Virus record (IMG/VR): IMGVR_UViG_3300005680_000007
Span: 4,017 to 68,016 of that record
Strand: one strand, 5' to 3'
Source of the DNA: a virus
Length of the DNA stretch: 64,000 nucleotides
The translations under genes were made by a program, and so were the position numbers. The notes under the pieces were generated by a model that made no database searches, was not told where the DNA came from, and was given only the letters and a program-made list of their open reading frames with translations. Positions within the stretch are counted from its first letter, which is position 1. Each line of letters starts with the position of its first letter. This document shows positions 7,924 to 14,904 of this stretch, in pieces.

Positions 7924-8859
7924 CTACGCAACTTTCCTTTGCTCTTCGATGCTGACACCTGGGATGTTCTCGCGGCCGGCGTCGACGGCGCGCTGCGCAA
8001 GTTTGTCGAGCAGTCCGATCAGATCAGGATGATCCTTGACGTACCCGTAGAAGGCGTCACGGTCGGTCACGGTGGCCACCTTGATCAGCTTCACGGAAGC
8101 GGCGCGGCCGTAGGCACCCTTGACCGGCGCCGGCGCGGCAGGAGGGGGCGGCGCGACGGGCGCAGGCTTTCCGGCATCCGCCGCCTTGCGGGCCGCTTCT
8201 TCGGCCGCGCGCTGCGCCTCGCGCTCCTTGCGAAGCTTTTCGGTTTCAAAGGCCGACATGGCGCGCGCGATCGCGTCGGCGGCTTCCTTCGCCATCTTGA
8301 CCAACGGCATCCAGCGCGTGTCGACCGCCTTCGCCGCCTCCATGTGCGGCTTCTTGTCGGCCTCCCGGCGCTTGTCGGCGGTGCGGGACAATTCGTTGAG
8401 GCGCGCGCGCAGCGACTGCGCCTTGGCGAGCGTGGCGTCGTCCGCGATCGTGGCGTATTCGGACGCGCCGGCCTTCGCCGCCTCGATCTGCTCCTGCAGG
8501 ATCAGCGCCTCGTCCTCCGGCGGATTGTTGCCGCCGATACCGGTGCGCTGCTGCTCGGCCACGGTCGGGTCGATGTCGGGCCAGTTTTCCCCGCGCTCGG
8601 TCACGGCAAGGTAGGTTTCGTGTGCGATCGGATTCGCCGAAGCCCACGGCCAGATTTCACGCGCGCGCAGGTCGGAGACGGGCGAGCCATCCATGACGCA
8701 GACCAGCGCGCCCTCCTGGTCGTACCAATAGGCTATCGGCACGAACGGGCCGTTCTTTTGCTTGCGGACACGATAGAACCCAGACGCAGGGTGATCGACA
8801 TGGCGCTCGGGGTCCCCGCCGGCCAACAGCGCGCGCCAGACCGAATAGTCATTGCTCAT
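7924..8859 (-). CDS. Hypothetical phage protein (coiled-coil centre)
   Basis: 311 aa from ATG 8859 (MSNDYSVW...). Ala/Glu/Lys-rich middle and a PPPPAAPAP linker. Confidence 0.55.
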   Translation of the reverse strand: MSNDYSVWRALLAGGDPERHVDHPASGFYRVRKQKNGPFVPIAYWYDQEGALVCVMDGSPVSDLRAREIWPWASANPIAHETYLAVTERGENWPDIDPTVAEQQRTGIGGNNPPEDEALILQEQIEAAKAGASEYATIADDATLAKAQSLRARLNELSRTADKRREADKKPHMEAAKAVDTRWMPLVKMAKEAADAIARAMSAFETEKLRKEREAQRAAEEAARKAADAGKPAPVAPPPPAAPAPVKGAYGRAASVKLIKVATVTDRDAFYGYVKDHPDLIGLLDKLAQRAVDAGRENIPGVSIEEQRKVA

Positions 8860-9056
8860 CGCGGGGCTCCCTTCCTGATCTGCTCGGCCGCGAAGCGCTT
8901 GAGGCGCGCGGCGCATTCGAGTTGTGCGGCTTCCTGGTCCAGCGTGTCGGCGGCCTTGTGAGACAGCCCGCGCGCAAGATCGGTGATGAGTTTGGAGGCC
9001 ACGTCGCCGATGGGGCGGAAGGTGTCGGGCATGTTGATGACCTTGTCGTCGCTCAT
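8856..9056 (-). CDS. Hypothetical small protein
   Basis: 66 aa from ATG 9056 (MSDDKVINMPDTF...). 4-nt overlaps with neighbours. Confidence 0.5.
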   Translation of the reverse strand: MSDDKVINMPDTFRPIGDVASKLITDLARGLSHKAADTLDQEAAQLECAARLKRFAAEQIRKGAPR

Positions 9057-9304
9057 TTGAGTTTCATCGCCTCGATTTGTTGCTGCTGTAGGGAGGGGCC
9101 GCCGCCGGTTTCCATTAGGTGTTCGTAGTGGCGCTCCCAATCCGCCTCGGCCTTGCACTGCTCGGCTTCCTCGACGAGCTTGATGATGCGGTCGTTGAAT
9201 TCCGTGCGGATGCCGGCTTCCTCCAGAAGCCCGAGGATGGCCTCCTGCAATTCGCTTGGGGCGATGTCGGGAACGTCAGGGCTTTCGGGGCGCTTTGCCA
9301 TCAC
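9053..9304 (-). CDS. Hypothetical small acidic protein
   Basis: 83-aa ORF, overlap-coupled. Confidence 0.5.
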   Translation of the reverse strand: MMAKRPESPDVPDIAPSELQEAILGLLEEAGIRTEFNDRIIKLVEEAEQCKAEADWERHYEHLMETGGGPSLQQQQIEAMKLK

Positions 9305-9747
9305 CGAGATTCACCTTCGAACTGCTCTGGCCGAACTTGAGTTTGCGGCGGTTCATTCCGAAGATTGATGAATGCGCGAACCACGTCGTAGATTGTTCGC
9401 TCGTCGATCAGCGGCAGGCAGAATTTCAATTCCGTAATTTCGAGGGTGCTGACCGGCTGTAATTTGGTCGGATCGCAGCCAATGTCGCTGACCAAATCCG
9501 GCACATTAGCCACGGTTACGACGCCCCCGGCCTCGCGGGCAAACGAGGGACTGTCGGCCATGTCGCCGAGGACCTTTTTCGCCTTTGCACTCTCTGCCCA
9601 GCGACGCATTGCGCGGCAGTCAGATCGCGTTTTTCCCCAAGTGGTTACGTTGTATCGGTATTCGTCGTCGATCGCGAGGATTGCCAACCGCTGCGCCTCG
9701 GACTGGTTGCCTATCACGCGGGCCGTGTTGATGGAGATGGCCTTCAT
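9301..9747 (-). CDS. Hypothetical protein
   Basis: 148-aa ORF with normal composition. Confidence 0.55.
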   Translation of the reverse strand: MKAISINTARVIGNQSEAQRLAILAIDDEYRYNVTTWGKTRSDCRAMRRWAESAKAKKVLGDMADSPSFAREAGGVVTVANVPDLVSDIGCDPTKLQPVSTLEITELKFCLPLIDERTIYDVVRAFINLRNEPPQTQVRPEQFEGESR

Positions 9748-10007
9748 GACTGGCGCTCCATCGAGAGTGCGTTCATTGCCCCGCGATAGGTCTTGTACCA
9801 GCCGACATTGACGAGCCTCACGGTGCCGTCTGGCTGGCGCACACGGCGGTCCAAAGCGAAACGATACTCGCCGTAGGTGTCGCCGGTCACAGACTGTTCC
9901 TCGATAATGAAGTCCCCAATATCCTCCCGGATGCGGCTGCCGCGCGTCGTTTTGATGTTGACCGCGCGATTTAATTCCGTACCAAAACTTTCCCCGCTGT
10001 CAGTCAT
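9744..10007 (-). CDS. Hypothetical protein
   Basis: 87-aa ORF. Confidence 0.5.
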   Translation of the reverse strand: MTDSGESFGTELNRAVNIKTTRGSRIREDIGDFIIEEQSVTGDTYGEYRFALDRRVRQPDGTVRLVNVGWYKTYRGAMNALSMERQS

Positions 10008-10058
10008 GTCGTTGATTTCCCTTGTTAGGCTCCGTACTTTTCGAGGCTAAATTCAGCT

Positions 10059-10223
10059 TCACCGGCGCTCCCTAACGAATGTCTCGACCGCGGCTTCATC
10101 CGCGATGACGTTCTCGACGCCGCGGCACTCGTCGCAGGCCAGAACCTCAATGCCGCAGGTGATGCAGCGGGTGAGGGTGCGGTCTCCCTTGTGGCAGAGA
10201 TCGCAATCTCCGAACGCGCTCAT
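10059..10223 (-). CDS. Cys-rich mini-protein (below track threshold)
   Basis: 54 aa (MSAFGDCDLCHKGDRTLTRCITCGIEVLACDECRGV...). ATGA overlap with the upstream gene. Confidence 0.4.
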   Translation of the reverse strand: MSAFGDCDLCHKGDRTLTRCITCGIEVLACDECRGVENVIADEAAVETFVRERR

Positions 10224-10432
10224 GCCGCGCACTCCCGAGTGATCTGGCGCGCCTTCTGCAAATGCTCGACGCGGAGCAGGTGCATCATCGCGGCCTTGTA
10301 TTTCCCGGCCATCGCGAGGCGTGCGGCTTCTTTCCGGTGCCGGCGGATGGCGCTGCGGATGATTGCGGCAGGCGAGATCGAGGGGGCGGGGACTCCCGCC
10401 TGCCGCGTTGTGGGTGATCCGATACGCGACAT
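10220..10432 (-). CDS. Hypothetical small basic protein
   Basis: 70-aa ORF. Confidence 0.45.
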   Translation of the reverse strand: MSRIGSPTTRQAGVPAPSISPAAIIRSAIRRHRKEAARLAMAGKYKAAMMHLLRVEHLQKARQITRECAA

Positions 10433-10436
10433 GGCG

Positions 10437-10514
10437 TCACCCGATGAAAAACTGGTGGATCGCGATGATCGCGATCACGGCGAAGATGCAGAGCATGGAG
10501 CGGAAGGATGCCAT
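10437..10514 (-). CDS. Possible 25-aa hydrophobic peptide
   Basis: MASFRSMLCIFAVIAIIAIHQFFIG. ATGA overlap with the XRE gene stop, and ends 4 nt before the next start. Confidence 0.3.
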   Translation of the reverse strand: MASFRSMLCIFAVIAIIAIHQFFIG

Positions 10515-10936
10515 CACGCGGCCCTCTGCTGCTCAGGCGCGCTGCTCGCCGCGATCTGCTCGATCAGGTCGACAATGCGGCGACGGGTCTTCGGGTCAGG
10601 AATTGCGGTGAAGCTGCGCGCGATAGCGATGCCGTCACCCGTGGCGAGGAAGTCGTCGACGAAGGTTGCCTGGTCGCCGTCGCCAGCAGGCACGAGGCCT
10701 GATCCGACATGGACGCCATCGAAGAAGAACGACACCGGCACCTGGAGGATTTCCGCAATTTGCGCCATGCGGCTGGCGCCGATGCGGTTGGTCCCTTTCT
10801 CGTATTTCTGGACCTGCTGAAAGGTGAGGCCGAGCGCATCACCCAGCTTCTCCTGCGACATGCCGAGCATCATCCGACGCATCCGCACGCGGCTGCCGAC
10901 ATGCTTATCCGTGGGGTTCGGGCTCTTGATCGACAT
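10514..10936 (-). CDS. XRE-family HTH transcriptional regulator
   Basis: 140 aa. HTH: VGSRVRMRRMMLGMSQEKLGDALGLTFQQVQKYEKGTNRIGASRMAQIAEIL. Confidence 0.8.
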   Translation of the reverse strand: MSIKSPNPTDKHVGSRVRMRRMMLGMSQEKLGDALGLTFQQVQKYEKGTNRIGASRMAQIAEILQVPVSFFFDGVHVGSGLVPAGDGDQATFVDDFLATGDGIAIARSFTAIPDPKTRRRIVDLIEQIAASSAPEQQRAA

Positions 10937-10939
10937 TGC

Positions 10940-11329
10940 TCACCCCCTCATGCTGCGCTGGAAGTCGTGCCGCTGGCCTTCGCTGCGCGCGTCCTCGCGG
11001 TACTGCGCCGCAAGCTTGTCGAGCAGCGCCGCCGCGTTGTCGTCGGTGGCGTTGAAGCATTGCTCCTTGAAGCTTTCGGCCAGTTGCTTCTCGGTGATGG
11101 TCATGTGCCGCGCGGCGTAGCGCCCGAGCGCGTGGATCAGGTTGTCGGCGATCACCGCAACCGTCCGGCAATCGTCGGCTAGGTTCTCCGCATCCGCGGC
11201 GTCAGGGCCGCTGCCAAGGATTTCGGTGGGCTGGAAATTCGCCAGCGCCTTCACCGCGTCCATGATGGCGCGCTCGAGGATCAGGCGGTCGGGGGAGGGA
11301 AGGCGGCGGACTTCGGCGCTGGCGGGCAT
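10940..11329 (-). CDS. First gene of the early-left operon, function unknown
   Basis: 129-aa ORF. GGAG lies 6 nt before ATG 11329, and the gene is just downstream of the PL-like promoter. Confidence 0.55.
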   Translation of the reverse strand: MPASAEVRRLPSPDRLILERAIMDAVKALANFQPTEILGSGPDAADAENLADDCRTVAVIADNLIHALGRYAARHMTITEKQLAESFKEQCFNATDDNAAALLDKLAAQYREDARSEGQRHDFQRSMRG

Positions 11330-11349
11330 GTCTGGCTCCGTTCTGATGC

Positions 11350-11364
11350 TGGAAATATTTTCCA
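11350..11364. promoter_or_regulatory. Operator OL1 (TGGAA-N5-TTCCA)
   Basis: TGGAAATATTTTCCA overlaps the -10 of the PL-like promoter. The same motif occurs at 12753-12767. Confidence 0.55.
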
Positions 11365-11382
11365 GTTTACGGACAATGTCAA
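11354..11382 (-). promoter_or_regulatory. PL-like sigma70-type promoter for the early-left operon
   Basis: On the minus strand: TTGACA (11382-11377), a 17-nt spacer, then AATATT (11359-11354). About 25 nt upstream of ATG 11329. Confidence 0.5.
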
Positions 11383-11390
11383 CAGGGTCT

Positions 11391-11405
11391 TGGAATTTAT
11401 TTCGG
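11391..11405. promoter_or_regulatory. Operator OL2 (variant TGGAA-N5-TTCGG)
   Basis: TGGAATTTATTTCGG, centred 41 bp from OL1. The same variant occurs at 12714-12728. Confidence 0.4.
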
Positions 11406-11526
11406 AGTGTGGATATATTGGCGGCGGCCGGTGGAATCGGCCCCCCGCGGAGCCGCTCCAGAGTGGCCCATATTCGCCCGGAAACGGGCCCTGCGTTCGC
11501 GTACCGCGTCGGCCCGGTGTCTCGGG

Positions 11527-11563
11527 GCCAAAAACGGAAAAAGCCCGCCTGTGGGGCGGGCTT
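11527..11563 (-). terminator. Intrinsic terminator (functional only in minus orientation)
   Basis: 9-bp stem 11541-11549/11555-11563 (AAGCCCGCC/GGCGGGCTT). On the minus strand it is followed by TTTTCCGTTTTT; there is no T-run on the plus strand. Confidence 0.65.
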
Positions 11564-12012
11564 CCATTCCGATCCGGGGTCGTCGGATTAACGACGGGGC
11601 CTCGGGGTCATGCCGATGCGGTATGGCTAGATGTATACCGTGGGATGCCTGCGCATACAAGCCCTAGTCCAGGTCAGAAGGGGCAAGACAGGCCGGTCGG
11701 GACGATCCGACTGACAGTAGCTGACCTACCGCCCCCGCATCGATCGGGAGGGGCGGGCCCGGCTCGTCCCTCGTCTCGAGTGACATTCCAGAGCTTGGGC
11801 ATAGGGACTGTCCCCTTCACCGGGGATAGTCGTCCTATGCCCAGTCTGAACCCTGAACTCAGTGACATCCCTTTGAAAACAATATATAATCTTCTCTTTC
11901 TATCAACTTGGAAGATGGTAACTGTTGAAAGAGAAGAGAGGGGGCGACCGCAAAAATCCTGTGGGCATGCGGATACTGCATAAGGCCCTGTGAGGCTTGA
12001 CAAAAACGCAAC
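11564..12012 (-). ncRNA. Candidate structured non-coding RNA / long 3' UTR downstream of the repressor
   Basis: No credible ORF on either strand. Long perfect stems at 11797-11805/11834-11842, 11729-11735/11750-11756 and 11890-11900/11927-11937. Bounded by the repressor stop and the minus-strand terminator. Confidence 0.3.
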
Positions 12013-12696
12013 TCAGCGCGGCCGGGTCGGCCGGTAGGCGTAGATCACCAGCGCAATGATTCGGCCCTCCTCGCCCTCGTATTCGCCGTAGGGGAGCACC
12101 ACCGGGGTCTGCCATTGGGGGTCGGTCGAATAGGGCCAGAGCTCGGTCCGGTTTCCGGCCTGCCTGATTCGCTTGGCGGTGACTTCGCGCAATTGGCCGC
12201 CGTCTTTCAGGCGCTCGAAGATCACGAAATCGTCGTTCCGGATGTCGACCGGATGGGCCATGAGGCTGACGCATCGCAGGAATTCGCCGTCTGACGCCAG
12301 TTTGTTGATTGAAGTCCCGCTGACCCGGAGATCGAATTGGGCGCCGATCGGATAGCCCGGTACCGGCGGAAACTCTGAGGGGATCGGTTCGAAGTCGATT
12401 CGCACGTCGTTCATGAACTCGACGTATCGGCCGGCGGCAACCTCGCCCAGCACATGGATTGGCTCCGGCGCCTCCATGGTGCGACCGCTACGCAGCGCCT
12501 CGGCGGTGGTGTCAAAAACCTGCGCGATCTCCTGCAGCGCGGATCCCCGCGGCTGATCCACCTTCCCCTGAACGTATTTGTAGAGCCGATCGAGCAGGGC
12601 GGCGTCGTTCGGTTTGCCCATTTCCCGCGCCAGGTCCGGGACCGACATGCCGCGCTGGCGCATCTCCCGTTTCAGGTTTTCCGACCAGTGGGGCAT
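12013..12696 (-). CDS. CI/LexA-type repressor (HTH + S24 peptidase-like C-terminal domain)
   Basis: 227 aa from ATG 12696 (MPHWSENLKREMRQRGMSVPDLAREMG...). The C-terminal part (VAAGRY...DLRVSGTSINK...FVIFER...) is S24-like. The track start at 12825 would overlap the divergent promoter region. Confidence 0.7.
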   Translation of the reverse strand: MPHWSENLKREMRQRGMSVPDLAREMGKPNDAALLDRLYKYVQGKVDQPRGSALQEIAQVFDTTAEALRSGRTMEAPEPIHVLGEVAAGRYVEFMNDVRIDFEPIPSEFPPVPGYPIGAQFDLRVSGTSINKLASDGEFLRCVSLMAHPVDIRNDDFVIFERLKDGGQLREVTAKRIRQAGNRTELWPYSTDPQWQTPVVLPYGEYEGEEGRIIALVIYAYRPTRPR

Positions 12697-12713
12697 TCCG
12701 AAATTGTAAATTG

Positions 12714-12728
12714 TGGAAATTCCTTCGG
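12714..12728. promoter_or_regulatory. Operator OR2 (variant TGGAA-N5-TTCGG)
   Basis: TGGAAATTCCTTCGG, just upstream of a TACAAT hexamer (minus strand, 12708-12703) that sits 6 nt before the repressor ATG. Confidence 0.4.
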
Positions 12729-12745
12729 TATGGATTTCCGGCCCC

Positions 12746-12774
12746 TTGTGCATGGAATTTAATTCCAGTATATG
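12746..12774 (+). promoter_or_regulatory. PR-like promoter for the Cro-like gene
   Basis: TTGTGC (12746-12751), a 17-nt spacer, then TATATG (12769-12774). ATG at 12782. Confidence 0.4.
12753..12767. promoter_or_regulatory. Operator OR1 (TGGAA-N5-TTCCA)
   Basis: TGGAATTTAATTCCA inside the spacer of the PR-like promoter. Confidence 0.55.
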
Positions 12775-12781
12775 GGGCTTC

Positions 12782-13042
12782 ATGGAAGAGAAGCCCGCAC
12801 CCCTTTCGATCTCGGAAATCATCAAGCGCGCCGGCGGTCCGAATGCGATCGCCGCTGCCGCCGACGGCGCAATCTCGACCGATGCGGTCTACAAATGGCC
12901 GCAGATCGGCATCCCGGATCGACACTGGCCGAGCATCATCGCGCTCGCTGCCGCGGGCGGGGCCACGATCACTCCGGACGACCTCATGCGTGCAAACATT
13001 GCTGCGCGCGCGGCTCGGGCCGGCGCGGACGCAGCTGCATGA
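12782..13042 (+). CDS. Cro/YdaS-like small DNA-binding protein
   Basis: 86 aa from ATG 12782 (MEEKPAPLSISEIIKRAGGPNAIAAAADGAISTDAVYKWPQIGIPDRHW...). Divergent from the repressor. Confidence 0.6.
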   Translation: MEEKPAPLSISEIIKRAGGPNAIAAAADGAISTDAVYKWPQIGIPDRHWPSIIALAAAGGATITPDDLMRANIAARAARAGADAAA

Positions 13043-13056
13043 CCGGCCCGCGCGAC

Positions 13057-13344
13057 TCAGTGCAGCAATCGCAGGAAGGGCATCTGCGCGCGCAGTCGCA
13101 ATTTGCGCATGAAGGCGCACGCCGCGAGCCGAAGCGCCGCGGGCACGTCCTCCCATTGCATGACGATCTGAGCGCGGATGTGGTGTTCGACCGGGCCTTG
13201 CGTTCCGAGCGGCATCTGCTCGACGTAGCAGACGAAGCGCGCGCAATCCCCCAGGTCCTCGATGTCTTCCAGTCCTCGAATGTAAACGTCGGTGACTGTC
13301 GCCGGTCGGATTACCACCGGCGCCGCTTTGACAGCCTCCAGCAT
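13057..13344 (-). CDS. Counter-oriented small protein, function unknown
   Basis: Track ORF 13057-13482. The 95-aa version from ATG 13344 (MLEAVKAAPVVIRPATVTDVYIRGLEDIEDLGD...) has the more protein-like composition. Confidence 0.4.
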   Translation of the reverse strand: MLEAVKAAPVVIRPATVTDVYIRGLEDIEDLGDCARFVCYVEQMPLGTQGPVEHHIRAQIVMQWEDVPAALRLAACAFMRKLRLRAQMPFLRLLH

Positions 13345-13547
13345 GGCATTGCCCCATTCCGCCGGGCGTCTTTTTACGCTTCCCGGTCCAGGCAACATGG
13401 TGCCACACGGTTCCAGTTTGGAAACGGTAAAAGTCACAGTGGCGCGGCAAAATTTGTCGCGGCACCGCACGCGATGTTTCAAGCTTCAACTGGATACGGA
13501 ATTCACAGCGATTTCTATGCGCGCTCATTTTCTCTGATGGGTGCGGC

Positions 13548-13802
13548 ATGACCGGCCCGCGCCGCATCACGATCGATCTGCGGCCGTCCGACGCCGCGCG
13601 CCTCGACCTGATGGCGGAACGCACCGGGCTTTCGGTCGATCGTCTCGCGGCCGATCTGTTCCAAGATATTCTGGCGTCAGCCATTCCGTCCGAGGTTTCA
13701 CGTGACGAATGCGGTGGACCGCGCTCCGGGCCGGCGGGACGAGGCACAAACTCGCCGGCCCGGGCGCTCTCCTTCATCGCAGGCGTGGGGAGCCAGCGAT
13801 GA
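13548..13802 (+). CDS. Ribbon-helix-helix-type protein
   Basis: 84 aa. ITIDLRPSDAARLDLMAERTGLSVDRLAADLFQDIL. Confidence 0.5.
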   Translation: MTGPRRITIDLRPSDAARLDLMAERTGLSVDRLAADLFQDILASAIPSEVSRDECGGPRSGPAGRGTNSPARALSFIAGVGSQR

Positions 13803-14176
13803 GAACGCGGAAACTCACATTCGCGCAGTGCAAGGCGCTCGCCGAAGCCCGCGAACGCGGCGAGACCGTGAAGGTCCTCGCCAAGCGCTTCGGCATCTCG
13901 CCCGGCTACGTCTCCCATATCGCCAATCAGATGGGGGCGAAGAAGCCCGTCACGGTGAAGCAGCGCATCCTGGATTACGCGCGCGACAATCCCAGCGCGT
14001 CGACCGCGGACATTGCGGCGGCGGTCAATACGACGAGGCAGAGCGTCCGCGCGGTTCTTTACGACTGCGGATGGTTCGAAGAGCGCGGCGTCGTGGCGAT
14101 CGGTCGCGCCGCCGTCGCGGCTGGCCTCACCGTCAAGGACATCCAGGCGCTCGCCGCTCAGAGGAGCGCGCAATGA
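13799..14176 (+). CDS. HTH DNA-binding protein
   Basis: 125 aa from ATG 13799 (ATGA overlap). HTH-like segments VKVLAKRFGISPGYVSHIANQ and STADIAAAVNTTRQSVRAVL. Confidence 0.55.
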   Translation: MRTRKLTFAQCKALAEARERGETVKVLAKRFGISPGYVSHIANQMGAKKPVTVKQRILDYARDNPSASTADIAAAVNTTRQSVRAVLYDCGWFEERGVVAIGRAAVAAGLTVKDIQALAAQRSAQ

Positions 14177-14293
14177 CCAATCCGATTTCGAATATGCGTA
14201 GCGTTGGGGTGCGTCCATGCGTTCAAGTTATGAGGCTCGCGTTGCCGAGCAAACTGAAATCCAACGCAAGATCGTGCAGGGGACTGCAAGATA

Positions 14294-14653
14294 TTGCAGC
14301 GGGAAATTCGGGAGAGCTTGGTCTGTGGGTCAGCGATCTCTGAATTGCCGCTGCAAATTCTGCCGGAGCGGGGGATGGTGATTGCGAACGGGAAATTCGT
14401 CACGATTTCGGGGCAGGAGATGGAATTGCTCGCGCTTCTGGCCAAGTTGTTCCCGCGCGTGCTCACGAAAGAAGCGGCGCTTGATCATCTGTATCAGTTG
14501 GACCCGGATGGCGAAGCCGAGGCAAAAATCGTCGATGTCCTGATCTGCAAAATCAGGCGCAAGGTTCAGCCGCTGGGGCTGCGCATCGATACGCACTGGG
14601 GAAAGGGCTACGCGCTCGCCGCGCCAGTCCGTGTTGCACAGGCGGCCGCATGA
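14294..14653 (+). CDS. Stand-alone OmpR/PhoB/CtrA-type winged-helix output domain (no receiver domain)
   Basis: 119 aa (TTG start; start uncertain). LQILPERGMVIANGKFVTISGQEMELLALLAKLFPRVLTKEAALDHLYQ...IVDVLICKIRRKVQPLGLRIDTHWGKGYALA. Confidence 0.6.
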   Translation: MQREIRESLVCGSAISELPLQILPERGMVIANGKFVTISGQEMELLALLAKLFPRVLTKEAALDHLYQLDPDGEAEAKIVDVLICKIRRKVQPLGLRIDTHWGKGYALAAPVRVAQAAA

Positions 14654-14904
14654 CACCCCCCCTCATCCGCAAGGACAAGCTCCCGCTGGCGAGAGAGTTG
14701 GGCGTGGAAGACCGCGCTGCCGAGCGCGCAGCGGTCGAGGCCGGATATGGCGAGCTGCGCTCCTATGTCGAACGCAGTCTCCCGCACGCGGTGCCGATCA
14801 GCCATGACGTGTTCGCCTTCTATGACAAAATCGCGAAGCGGGAAGGCGGGAGTGTCGCGGCGGTCATCAACGATACCCTCCGCAAGGCGGCCGGGGTGGA
14901 ATGA
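14650..14904 (+). CDS. Ribbon-helix-helix-type protein
   Basis: 84 aa. VPISHDVFAFYDKIAKREGGSVAAVINDTLRKAA. Confidence 0.5.
   Translation: MTPPLIRKDKLPLARELGVEDRAAERAAVEAGYGELRSYVERSLPHAVPISHDVFAFYDKIAKREGGSVAAVINDTLRKAAGVE

Noticed and set aside
3079-10223. Four sub-threshold ORFs that are all exactly 165 nt (3079-3243, 3315-3479, 3506-3670, 10059-10223)
   Set aside because: Their translations share no similarity. The equal length is most simply a coincidence of looking just under the 60-aa track cutoff.
11390-11983. 197-aa plus-strand ORF across the repressor-PL gap
   Set aside because: Gly/Pro/Arg/Ser-rich with no protein-like segments. It crosses the minus-strand terminator and several long hairpins. 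The region is treated as non-coding.
11564-12012. tmRNA, retron msr/msd, group II intron or tRNA-like element
   Set aside because: I saw no tag-peptide reading frame or T-loop/acceptor mimic. There is no adjacent reverse transcriptase and no domain-V-like motif. Unclassified structured RNA remains the only call.
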